Origin: a virus
Reading direction: 5' to 3' (one strand)
IMG/VR virus record: IMGVR_UViG_3300014911_000466
Length of the DNA: 24,322 nt
In this document: piece after piece, positions 15,265 through 23,645 of the stretch
How the letters are laid out: each line of letters begins with the position of its first letter
Position numbering within the stretch: position 1 is the stretch's first letter
Position numbers and translations under genes: made by a program
The notes under the pieces: generated by a model
The model's database searches: none
Seen by the model: the letters and a program-made list of their open reading frames with translations, nothing else
Told to the model about the DNA's origin: nothing

Positions 15265-16254
15265 TCACCCTTGAAAGGCTGTTTTCTTTTCTTTTTTAGG
15301 TTTTGTCTTAATTAAAGAATATATGGCTTGGTTTCTGGGGACGTTTTGGAGCGCTTGCCGTTTGTCGATTGCTTCTAAGACTTCTAAGCCTAAGTCTGTT
15401 AGGTCATACCAGTAGGTTGATTTTTTCCTTATTGGAACGATGAGGTCTCTTGCTTTGCATCGCGTTAATGCATCTTTGTATTTTTGAGGGAGCGCGTCAG
15501 GGTTTCGCTCACGGAACCGTTCATACGAAATCATGCCTTTCTCTCGAATAAGCTCCATTAGTTCGATGTCTTCTGGCTTCAGCCTTTTAATGATGTAGTC
15601 CACTCTTGACTCTGCAAGGGCATCTTTCACTCTTACTATTACCTCGTCGACTAAGGCCATTCTCATCTGGTCGTATTCTTGGTAGACATCTTTGGGTACA
15701 GGTTCAAACACGTTGGTTTCAATCCATTCTTTACGTCTTTTAGGTTTCCAGCCTTTATAGTCCTGGTCCCACAGTACTCTGTCATATTTGTAAACGCCTC
15801 TTTTAGGAATGAAAACTTCATGTGTGTATTTCTGCATGATCTGATAGGTTGGCTCGGTGGGATCCACCATAGTAGCTATTAATACAGCTAAGCGAGTGGC
15901 CAAAACGTCGAATCCTCCTTTAAACGCGTCCCAAGCTCTGTCATATTGGGTTTCAGCCTTGTTGCTGTGGGCTCCGAAATCATCGTAAATCAAGATTGGC
16001 ACTCGCATGTGAAGCTTGTTTAAGGTAGGCACTCTTTCAGGCTCGCCTTTCTCAACTTTATACATTAGCCCCGAAAGATTAAATACGAAGCTTTGCAGAA
16101 CCTTGTCCCAGTCTTTATACCATGTATATGCAAGCTGCATGGCAAACGTTGTTTTTCCGCCGCGCTGCACGCCCCAAACCACAATCCACATCCATTCATC
16201 ATTAAGAATAGCATTCCATATGTCCCTTACTACACGCGGCCTTCTCTCCGTCAT
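15265..16254 (-). CDS. P-loop ATPase with C-terminal winged-helix-like domain
   Basis: Walker A GVQRGGKT, Walker B ILIYDD; C-terminal wHTH-like region ending YDLTDLGLEVL. Confidence 0.8.
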   Translation of the reverse strand: MTERRPRVVRDIWNAILNDEWMWIVVWGVQRGGKTTFAMQLAYTWYKDWDKVLQSFVFNLSGLMYKVEKGEPERVPTLNKLHMRVPILIYDDFGAHSNKAETQYDRAWDAFKGGFDVLATRLAVLIATMVDPTEPTYQIMQKYTHEVFIPKRGVYKYDRVLWDQDYKGWKPKRRKEWIETNVFEPVPKDVYQEYDQMRMALVDEVIVRVKDALAESRVDYIIKRLKPEDIELMELIREKGMISYERFRERNPDALPQKYKDALTRCKARDLIVPIRKKSTYWYDLTDLGLEVLEAIDKRQALQNVPRNQAIYSLIKTKPKKEKKTAFQG

Positions 16255-16985
16255 GGCTCCCTTTCCTCCCTTTTACCTAAAGGAGCTGGCCAAGGCTCCC
16301 TTGGACTAACATAAGGCGCACCAAAGTTCTGTACGATTGTGGTGTAGCTTGGCGCCACATCCTTATCGTAGTAGCTTATATCCATGATTAGAAACGCGTA
16401 TGGAAAAACTTCTATTTGCAGAAAGCTTTCAAGTTTACGTTCAAGCTCCCTCACGTCAATCTTAAAAGTTGTAGCAAAGAACTCTTGTTCTTCACTGTTT
16501 TCCGTTAAAGAATCAACAATTTCTTCGGTGTCGACGTTTCCATTGTCGAGTAACTCTTGAACTTGTTTTACTGCTTGTTCGGAATCTAACATGGCGACTT
16601 CAAACTGTTCCTGTTGACTTGCAGCCTTCACCATGGCTTCAACCGTGTTGATTATGTCCATGGCCACGCTGTAGAGTATCTCCCATCCTTGCATGGCTTG
16701 GCGGTACGTTAATTGTTCTCCAGCCCTCCCATAGGGGACAGCGACAACCTTTAAGGTGCGGTTAACCCACTGCAAACGGTTGCGAAGCTCAGCTATGCGC
16801 TCCAACGGCTCATCAGACAAAATTGGAGACTCAATTAATTCGTGTAAGTCGTTAATCAGCCTAATTCTTTCCTCAAGCTTCTTGTCGCTGACAACATCAA
16901 TGCCAAGCTTGCTCAGCGATTCCTCAACGCTTTTCTCCTCTTCCTTCTTTTTAAAGAAGCTTTTAAATTTCTTGGATAATCCCAT
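16251..16985 (-). CDS. Acidic helical hypothetical protein
   Basis: Long ORF coupled to the ATPase gene. Confidence 0.7.
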   Translation of the reverse strand: MGLSKKFKSFFKKKEEEKSVEESLSKLGIDVVSDKKLEERIRLINDLHELIESPILSDEPLERIAELRNRLQWVNRTLKVVAVPYGRAGEQLTYRQAMQGWEILYSVAMDIINTVEAMVKAASQQEQFEVAMLDSEQAVKQVQELLDNGNVDTEEIVDSLTENSEEQEFFATTFKIDVRELERKLESFLQIEVFPYAFLIMDISYYDKDVAPSYTTIVQNFGAPYVSPREPWPAPLGKREEREP

Positions 16986-16989
16986 TCAT

Positions 16990-18009
16990 TTACCTCCTTT
17001 TGTATATGTAGTAGGCTGTGGCTCCAGCTATACCAGCAAGCAGCAGCACAAAGAACTGGTTTTCGCGGATGCTTAGCCACTGCAATATCTGCGGGTTAAA
17101 CCATAAAGTGGCTATTGCAGCCAATCCTAAAACCATAACGGCTAAAGCCTTCGTAATGGCGATTCTCGGCCCCCTCAACTGCTTAAGGGCGTTTTCAATT
17201 TTAAGTTGGGCTTCCCTGATGGTAAGCATATACTCGACTACGGCTGCTTTAAAGTCTGCCTTGCTTCGGAGAACAGCCAATAACTCATTCTTAAGCTGGT
17301 CCACAACCTCCTCCAACCGCACAGCTTTTTGATGCCAATCCAAAGCTTGACGTTTCAACTCTACAACTTGACTGCGCAGCTTCTCATTTTCCAACGCCAA
17401 ATTCTTAAGTTCAAACACGTCTTCTGCACTGGCTCCATTAACCATCAAAGCCTGAGAAGCCAAAGCTTCAGTAGGCAAATAATAGTCGCCCGGAGCCTCC
17501 TTAAGCCAGAAAACAGGAATAGGCGAGAGATGATCCACATCAAAGCTGCCTTCGTAAGGCTCGTAAAGTATTATCTTGGCGGTTTTAGGATGCTCCACAA
17601 CAATGCCCTTATAGACAGCTTTTCCCTTAGTGAAATGCATACGATCCTCCCAGGTTAACTCATGCTTGATCACAAGGTATTCCAGCTCCTGATAGAATGG
17701 ATGTTTAACTTTTTGAGCCAGGTTTAGTTTTGTGGCGTAAACGCCAGGTTCTATCTCCTGCGTTTCCAAATCCTTGACGAAAAGATGTAATCGTGTGTTG
17801 CTTGGTCTGCAAACGGCATCTATATATGTGTAGCTGGCTGCCTGCCACTTAAGAATTTCATCAACCATTATCATGCCTACGAGGCAGATGGCTAATCCTC
17901 CAATGCCAGCTACATTTCGAATGTTAGAGGGGAACAGGGGAACAATGATGTTTAACCAAACGAACAAGGCGATAATCCACAGGAAGCCGTACAAATCAGA
18001 TTTTTCCAT
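16990..18009 (-). CDS. Membrane protein: 2 TM, soluble domain, coiled coil, 2 TM
   Basis: Hydrophobic pairs at both ends; heptads LALENEKLRSQVVELKRQ. Confidence 0.75.
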   Translation of the reverse strand: MEKSDLYGFLWIIALFVWLNIIVPLFPSNIRNVAGIGGLAICLVGMIMVDEILKWQAASYTYIDAVCRPSNTRLHLFVKDLETQEIEPGVYATKLNLAQKVKHPFYQELEYLVIKHELTWEDRMHFTKGKAVYKGIVVEHPKTAKIILYEPYEGSFDVDHLSPIPVFWLKEAPGDYYLPTEALASQALMVNGASAEDVFELKNLALENEKLRSQVVELKRQALDWHQKAVRLEEVVDQLKNELLAVLRSKADFKAAVVEYMLTIREAQLKIENALKQLRGPRIAITKALAVMVLGLAAIATLWFNPQILQWLSIRENQFFVLLLAGIAGATAYYIYKRR

Positions 18010-18606
18010 TTACGCCACTCTCCTTCGGGGCTTACCGAAAAACGCTTCTAAAGGCTTAGTCTGCGTAGGCTTAGGCTTACGAGTTCTAATTCTGCTTTTC
18101 GCCTTGGTAATCTTCCATTTTCCGCCTTCACGCTCAACAATAATGTTAACGCTTACATCCGCCCTACTCAAACTTTCCAATATCTTCTGTTTAACCAAAT
18201 CGTCGAAAGACACTCTTTGACGTTCGGGCTTTGTTAAAGTGCGAGTTTCTATTTCACGAATTAAAGGCGGATTCGGAGGATTCGCCTCTGTAAGTTGCGT
18301 CTGCAAGCTTGTGGAATTAGGATTACTGCTTATCTGTGAAAATAATGATAAGCTTGGATTTTGTTTTAGTTTGTTCCAGGAGAACTCTTGCTTATTAGAC
18401 GGCTCTGTCTCGGGCAAGTTGCTGTATTGCCATCTAACCGTAAACAAGCCTATAAACCAAACGAAGCTTACGGTTATCCATCTGTAAGAGAAAAGCAGAT
18501 GAGCAGGAGCGAAAAAGCCAACCATATAGTAGGCGATGATGCTACACGCGAAAATAACTGCAAAGCGAACGCCAAACCATCTAACTGCTTCTCCGTTTAT
18601 CGTCAG
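18010..18606 (-). CDS. Two-TM protein with low-complexity and basic C-terminal region (track start 18525; possible CTG start 18606)
   Basis: Frame is open back to 18633; the first TM lies upstream of ATG 18525; AAGGAGG precedes CTG 18606. Confidence 0.6.
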   Translation of the reverse strand: MTINGEAVRWFGVRFAVIFACSIIAYYMVGFFAPAHLLFSYRWITVSFVWFIGLFTVRWQYSNLPETEPSNKQEFSWNKLKQNPSLSLFSQISSNPNSTSLQTQLTEANPPNPPLIREIETRTLTKPERQRVSFDDLVKQKILESLSRADVSVNIIVEREGGKWKITKAKSRIRTRKPKPTQTKPLEAFFGKPRRRVA

Positions 18607-18832
18607 ATGGAACAGCCTCCTTTTTGGGTTTACTTATCAAGATGCAGGTTTCTCCATCCTCATCTCGAATAAGGCTTATTTCAACTATGGGAGTGCAGAA
18701 AAGCCGCTTCCACCAGGCCGGAATACTCACATGATTACTTGTGCCTATACGTGTAACCTTACGTGTTTCATTGTCTAAAACAATACCTTTAATCTCTAAA
18801 GGCTCATTTGGAACCTTAGATTTTTTCGGCAA
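18581..18832 (-). CDS. AbrB/SpoVT-like protein
   Basis: RKVTRIGTSNHVSIPAWW; TTG 18832 follows SD GAGGTGG. Confidence 0.7.
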   Translation of the reverse strand: MPKKSKVPNEPLEIKGIVLDNETRKVTRIGTSNHVSIPAWWKRLFCTPIVEISLIRDEDGETCILISKPKKEAVPSDDKRRSS

Positions 18833-18969
18833 AATGCCACCTCGATTTAAACGTTCATATAAATAACAACGCAAACACATATTTAAATTCTATTTAAATG
18901 TATCAAATGCGCCCATTTCTAATGTAAACGAAAATGGAAAGAAGTCAAAACGCGAGGTGGTGAATTAAA
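18833..18969. promoter_or_regulatory. Divergent promoter region for the structural and ATPase operons
   Basis: ATTTAAAT at 18881 and 18892, further TTTAAA and TTTATA boxes, SD GAGGTGGTGA before TTG 18970. Confidence 0.6.
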
Positions 18970-19923
18970 TTGGCTGGCTTTAGACTGAAGACTTGGCACA
19001 TCCTCGTTATAATACTGATACTGGCATGGTACTTCGGCTGGATAAGCTTCAAATTCACGCCAGAGCAGGGGGCAATTACTCCACCGGGAACCCAGCCAAG
19101 CGAAGAGGGGCTTATAGCAGTTACGAGGCAAATCAAATTTACGGTTACGGACAAATATGCTGGTTCACCTGCTTCCGGCACAATCTACATTTACGCCGAT
19201 GACGGTAAAACGCTTTTAGAGTCGGGTTCACTAAGCTCGGGGGCCTACACGACTTCAGACAGCTACACAAGCGGCACAGTCTTATGGGTTAAAATCGACG
19301 ACGGAGCAAACAGCATTCTATGGAAGAAGATTACTGTCCCTAAAATGAGCGAGGCAGATGCTCAGTCACTAACTACCAATCCAGTTAAAATCGAGTTCTT
19401 CGACATTTGCAGTTTAACGGATACTCTACAAGACAGCCTGGGCAACAGCTACGCCGACAACGCCAACTGGAACAAGACTTCAGGCGGAAATCCAGGGCAA
19501 ACCATTGCAACAGCAACCTACAGCGTATACGTTTCCTCAGACAATGACGGCTTCATGAGCAGCTATGACCCAATTTACGGATACGACTTTGGAGCATGGC
19601 TCGTCGTAAAAGTAAGCGGAACAAACTATGAAAACGTGCTGTTAACAGGGTTTGACTATGCCTATGAGAAGGGCACATCCATGTACTACTGGGTGCAGAT
19701 ACCGGACACTGGCATAACAAAGTGGAAAGTAGGCAACGACTACGTTTATCCAGGCGCATGGAGCCACAGCTGGACAGTTGACTTAACAGGCTACTCTGGC
19801 GACGCTGCAGACATGCAAATATACGTTTACGCCTACGCTAACCCGCAGTACCATCAAACATACGGAAGCTTTGGGCCGTACGCCGTACAACTGGCAGAGC
19901 AGACAATCAATCTCGTAGATTAG
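18970..19923 (+). CDS. N-terminally anchored beta-rich protein; candidate major virion/envelope protein
   Basis: First gene of the structural operon; strong SD; N-terminal TM; S/T/Y/G-rich. Confidence 0.6.
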   Translation: MAGFRLKTWHILVIILILAWYFGWISFKFTPEQGAITPPGTQPSEEGLIAVTRQIKFTVTDKYAGSPASGTIYIYADDGKTLLESGSLSSGAYTTSDSYTSGTVLWVKIDDGANSILWKKITVPKMSEADAQSLTTNPVKIEFFDICSLTDTLQDSLGNSYADNANWNKTSGGNPGQTIATATYSVYVSSDNDGFMSSYDPIYGYDFGAWLVVKVSGTNYENVLLTGFDYAYEKGTSMYYWVQIPDTGITKWKVGNDYVYPGAWSHSWTVDLTGYSGDAADMQIYVYAYANPQYHQTYGSFGPYAVQLAEQTINLVD

Positions 19924-19936
19924 GAGGGGAAAACAG

Positions 19937-20131
19937 ATGAAGTTTGACCTGAAAGAGTTGATTGTATTCTTCGTAGTGTTTGTTATTGGCAGCTGGATAG
20001 GAAACTGGGTAAACTCAATGTTCAATCTGCAGCCGAATGACATGCTGAGCACAATACTTGTGATGTTCGTGCCAGTGCTCATAATTTATCTGCTATGGAA
20101 GAACTTCGGAGAGAAAGCGGCGGCAACCTAA
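19937..20131 (+). CDS. 64-aa hydrophobic helical hairpin; candidate spindle-type capsid or matrix protein
   Basis: Two hydrophobic helices, Asn-rich loop, basic C-terminus; strong SD. Confidence 0.55.
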   Translation: MKFDLKELIVFFVVFVIGSWIGNWVNSMFNLQPNDMLSTILVMFVPVLIIYLLWKNFGEKAAAT

Positions 20132-20145
20132 AATTTTAGGTTGCC
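20122..20145. other. Perfect 24-bp palindrome over the stop codon (possible attenuator or mRNA stabiliser)
   Basis: GGCAACCTAAAATTTTAGGTTGCC. Confidence 0.7.
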
Positions 20146-20163
20146 CTCCAAGGAGGTATCAGC

Positions 20164-21000
20164 GTGAACGGCAACACGCTAATCTACTTAGGCTTAGCAT
20201 TGATACTGTTAAGCTTCGCTTATCCAATGGTAACTGTTATTGTGGATGATACGCCTCCGAAATGGATTATTGCAAGTGACGGTGAAGTGGCAATATTCCC
20301 GAGGGACGGACAGACGTACCAGTCTGTATCTAAAATTACGGCCGGAGTTGAAGACTTTGAAAGCGGAGTAGCCAGCGTAACCGCCGTGATTGACGGGCAA
20401 ACTTTTTATTTAAAGTCTATATCGGGCGGTAGTGGAGGCGGTGGAGCTAAGATTCAAATGTTCTCTACAGTCGTACATAGCGGATATTGGCAGTGTGATA
20501 TCCCCCCTCTTTCAGCTGGACAACACACTATGACTTTGACGGCGGAAAATGGCAATGGATTAAAAACAATCTATAAGGCAACTTTCACCGTTTACACCAA
20601 CTTACAGGGAGACTGGTATATTAACGGTGAAAAGGTTACAGGTTCAGATCAAATCTTAAGGTTTACTACAAGGACGTTAACCTTCAAATTCGTTAAGACT
20701 CAGGGAGTGGACGATTCAAAGATTAGGTGCTCTGTTTGGGAAGGAAATGCTAAGCTTTTAGAGTTGAAGAATGTTGCCGCCGGCACTTGGGAGGGAACCT
20801 ACACCTTCACTGGTGGAAAGCACGCGTTAACGTTAAAGGCTAACGATGGAACAAACACTGTGACTTTCGCTGTTGTAACAGTTGATTTCGGCGGGGAGCA
20901 ACAGCCCAGCATAGAATGGTTAACGATGCCGAATATACTGCTGTTTTCAGGTATCCTACTGGTGTTTTTCGGCTGGTTTAGCGGTAGGAGGCGATCTTAA
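20164..21000 (+). CDS. Ig-like surface protein with N- and C-terminal TM
   Basis: DDTPP start of Ig domain; Gly-rich loop; C-terminal TM followed by GRRRS. Confidence 0.7.
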   Translation: MNGNTLIYLGLALILLSFAYPMVTVIVDDTPPKWIIASDGEVAIFPRDGQTYQSVSKITAGVEDFESGVASVTAVIDGQTFYLKSISGGSGGGGAKIQMFSTVVHSGYWQCDIPPLSAGQHTMTLTAENGNGLKTIYKATFTVYTNLQGDWYINGEKVTGSDQILRFTTRTLTFKFVKTQGVDDSKIRCSVWEGNAKLLELKNVAAGTWEGTYTFTGGKHALTLKANDGTNTVTFAVVTVDFGGEQQPSIEWLTMPNILLFSGILLVFFGWFSGRRRS

Positions 21001-21332
21001 TGTTCGATGTCATCATAAGTTTAATTGTCAGCTTTATTGTTTCAATGGTTGTGCTTAAGCGTAGCCATGGCTGGCAAGCATTCATTATTGCAGTGGCAAT
21101 CGGAGCCTTGGTTGGATGGCAAGCGCTGAATGTTTTTCCAGCCGACAAAACAAGTCTTGGCTATTTGCTTTCAACCAATCCAGAGTTAAAGATCATTTGG
21201 GAACAGACGCATGACATTCGAACTGTAGTTGCATACGCCGAACATGCCTATTTGATTCTGGTAGGATTCAATGTGATAGGAGCCGCCATAGGCTATTTCC
21301 TTGCAAGGAAACTCAGTAGATGGCGCACTTAA
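21000..21332 (+). CDS. Three-TM membrane protein
   Basis: Three hydrophobic segments; basic C-terminus. Confidence 0.7.
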   Translation: MFDVIISLIVSFIVSMVVLKRSHGWQAFIIAVAIGALVGWQALNVFPADKTSLGYLLSTNPELKIIWEQTHDIRTVVAYAEHAYLILVGFNVIGAAIGYFLARKLSRWRT

Positions 21333-21395
21333 CTTTCCCCATTTTTAGGATGTGCCAAGTCCCCTTACAGTTTAAAGTTTAGGAGAAAACCGTGT

Positions 21396-21980
21396 ATGAT
21401 TCGGCAAGACACCATAAGCCGTACACTCATAATCTTAGCCATAATGATAACCATTTACTTGAGTACTTTTGAAACTACAACTATTGTTCTTTTCCCGGCT
21501 GTTCTGCTTATTACAGGCTTAATCATGGAATTTTATCTGGAAAAGAAAAGGGAAGTTACAGACCACATAACTGAAGAGTCAACAATTAAAAGCGTAGGCT
21601 ATTACACTGTAATTGCTTTATTCGGCATTTTCCTCGCCGGCTACACAATTGAAAAGTTCCGGTTTCCAATGGAGCTTACAGGCTATGACGCTTTGCTTTA
21701 CAGCATGCTCATCGCCGTAGCTGAAGAACAGTTCTTCAGAGGATTCATCACCGACTGGCTTTTAACAAAAATCAGACAGCCGCACATGGCATTGCTGGCC
21801 TCCGCACTTGTCTTTACAATTTATCATTTCGCAAGATACGGCACCAAACCCGAAGCTTTACTCTACGTGTTCGCAGGAGGTTTCATTCTAAGCTGGGCAG
21901 CCTACAAAAGCCGAAGGCTAAGCCCATGCATGCTCGCACACATAATCAACAACGCAATAGCCGTAATAGGAGGAGCATGA
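21396..21980 (+). CDS. CPBP (Abi / type II CAAX) intramembrane metalloprotease
   Basis: AEEQFFRG, FTIYH and AHIINN motifs in a multi-TM protein. Confidence 0.9.
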   Translation: MIRQDTISRTLIILAIMITIYLSTFETTTIVLFPAVLLITGLIMEFYLEKKREVTDHITEESTIKSVGYYTVIALFGIFLAGYTIEKFRFPMELTGYDALLYSMLIAVAEEQFFRGFITDWLLTKIRQPHMALLASALVFTIYHFARYGTKPEALLYVFAGGFILSWAAYKSRRLSPCMLAHIINNAIAVIGGA

Positions 21981-21981
21981 A

Positions 21982-23181
21982 ATGAGCTTTCTAACAGAAT
22001 TTGAGGGCTTCTTAAGGAAAAACCGTAAGTTAATAGCCGTTCTGGCCATAGCCATATTGCTGTTTTATCTTGGAAATTTCATAAGCCTTCAAACAGTAGG
22101 ATATTTAACTGGAACGCAGGGCTTACAGGCCGAATTTAACAGCCTATACTTTAATAACACTTGGTGTTCAGCGTCTTCAAGGCCGGATTGGGCTTCAGAC
22201 GCCGGCAATTGGCAGTTCGGTTTTGAACTCAACTTTGACCCTGATGAAAGCGATGACGGCTGGCCGAACCTATGCGCTACACAGCAGCCTTTCACGATTG
22301 ACACGCAAGTTGAACCTAAGCATTACGCCTGGCAGGTGGAAAAGGGAATAGTTACGCTTTCTAACGGAACCAGAGCCAAGAAAGTCTATCAATTTGAAAT
22401 GTGGAGGTATCGAATGGAATGGGCCGTTAACATTTGGCTTTCAGGTCCAGAAGCAGAATCCTGCGATAGAGCATGGCATGGAGGCATAAGCTGGGAGCCA
22501 AACTATGGCGGCTCGCAGATTTGGATAAAGCTTGTTCCGCGAAGCTTCGTTTACTTTGAGGATAATCCAGACGAGGTTTATTTTGCGCCAGCCTACATTG
22601 GACTTGAAAGCTACGAAATCATGTCTATAGACAAGGACAACAAGGAAACAACAAACGATCCAGACATATTTTCATGCGTTGATTTAATTCCGAAGGCTTC
22701 AGGCGAAACTTTAGGAATCTACTATGAAAGAGGCGGGAACCCCATAGATGTTGAAGAGACGCTGCTTAGCTACCAGGGAATGGAGCTTGACCCAGAAATC
22801 TTCAGAAACGAATATTGGATTCACATTGACCTTTTAACTTTCAAGCCTTGGAATCACGTTGACTTCTGGACTAAAGCCCATAGCTATAAGTGGCCGAGCG
22901 TCAACCTGAAATTTGTCGTTTACGTTTTCGTAGTCGGAAAATGGACAGTTTATTTCACTGAAGACGAGGTTCCAAGTTTAAGACCTCACAGGCCTCCAAG
23001 CCTCGTCCGCAGGCCTTGGAGCTGGCTTACAGACTGGTGGAGCAACCCGTGGACGCTTCTCTGGACAGGAATCTTCGGCTTCTTCGTGCTGCTCATAGTT
23101 ATCGCTATCCTGGCAATCTTTGCCCCCGGAGCCCTAACCGCCATCACAAGAACCTTGTTCGGTAGGAGGCGCGAGACATGA
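21982..23181 (+). CDS. Candidate spike protein (N-terminal signal/TM, ectodomain, Trp-rich juxtamembrane region, TM, GRRRET)
   Basis: Topology read from sequence; WSWLTDWWSNPW precedes the TM. Confidence 0.6.
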   Translation: MSFLTEFEGFLRKNRKLIAVLAIAILLFYLGNFISLQTVGYLTGTQGLQAEFNSLYFNNTWCSASSRPDWASDAGNWQFGFELNFDPDESDDGWPNLCATQQPFTIDTQVEPKHYAWQVEKGIVTLSNGTRAKKVYQFEMWRYRMEWAVNIWLSGPEAESCDRAWHGGISWEPNYGGSQIWIKLVPRSFVYFEDNPDEVYFAPAYIGLESYEIMSIDKDNKETTNDPDIFSCVDLIPKASGETLGIYYERGGNPIDVEETLLSYQGMELDPEIFRNEYWIHIDLLTFKPWNHVDFWTKAHSYKWPSVNLKFVVYVFVVGKWTVYFTEDEVPSLRPHRPPSLVRRPWSWLTDWWSNPWTLLWTGIFGFFVLLIVIAILAIFAPGALTAITRTLFGRRRET

Positions 23182-23189
23182 CATATGAT

Positions 23190-23209
23190 AAGGTTTCACG
23201 TGAAACCTT
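23190..23209. other. Perfect 20-bp intergenic palindrome
   Basis: AAGGTTTCACGTGAAACCTT. Confidence 0.75.
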
Positions 23210-23230
23210 GTTGCTGGGAGGGTTGGGAAG

Positions 23231-23440
23231 GTGGGTTTGAAAAAAGCCATCATTCAAGGAGCCGTCTTAAGTCTTGCTTTGGCGTTTTACAGTGCGCTTT
23301 TCCAGCCTCAATATGAGGCTTGGCTGAAAAGTATGGGGCGCAGCATTGGAATTGGAGAAACCGCGCTTGGATACTTCATTGTTTTCTGCATCAGCTATTT
23401 TGTAACGCATATTTTAACGAGGAAACTGGAGGTTGAATAG
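23231..23440 (+). CDS. 69-aa two-helix membrane protein; second hairpin structural candidate
   Basis: Two hydrophobic helices. Confidence 0.6.
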   Translation: MGLKKAIIQGAVLSLALAFYSALFQPQYEAWLKSMGRSIGIGETALGYFIVFCISYFVTHILTRKLEVE

Positions 23441-23534
23441 GCTTGAGTTTAAGGGCACAATTTACTGTCCCTGTTGCCGTGCCAAATTCAAATTGGAGGA
23501 GGTGAAAAAGCGTGGCAAGAAGGAAAACTCGTAG
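23433..23534 (+). CDS. Possible 33-aa Cys-containing microprotein (not in ORF track)
   Basis: MNRLEFKGTIYCPCCRAKFKLEEVKKRGKKENS; fills the operon gap. Confidence 0.35.
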   Translation: MNRLEFKGTIYCPCCRAKFKLEEVKKRGKKENS

Positions 23535-23640
23535 AAGAAAGAGCGGAAGAAAAAGAAAGAAATGGGGCAAGATTGGGCCTCCCCATTCGGCTAAGCGTAG
23601 AAGGTGGCTTGCGAAGATTAGGCGTAAAAGAAAGAGGTGA
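23512..23640 (+). CDS. Protamine-like 42-aa protein (not in ORF track)
   Basis: SD GGAGGAGGTGA; MARRKTRRRKSGRKRKKWGKIGPPHSAKRRRWLAKIRRKRKR; 24 of 42 residues K/R, none acidic. Confidence 0.8.
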   Translation: MARRKTRRRKSGRKRKKWGKIGPPHSAKRRRWLAKIRRKRKR

Positions 23641-23645
23641 AAAAA

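Noticed and set aside
18025-18070. PCNA-interacting PIP box (QTKPLEAFF)
   Set aside because: Gln is one residue off the canonical spacing and the protein is membrane-bound; too weak to claim
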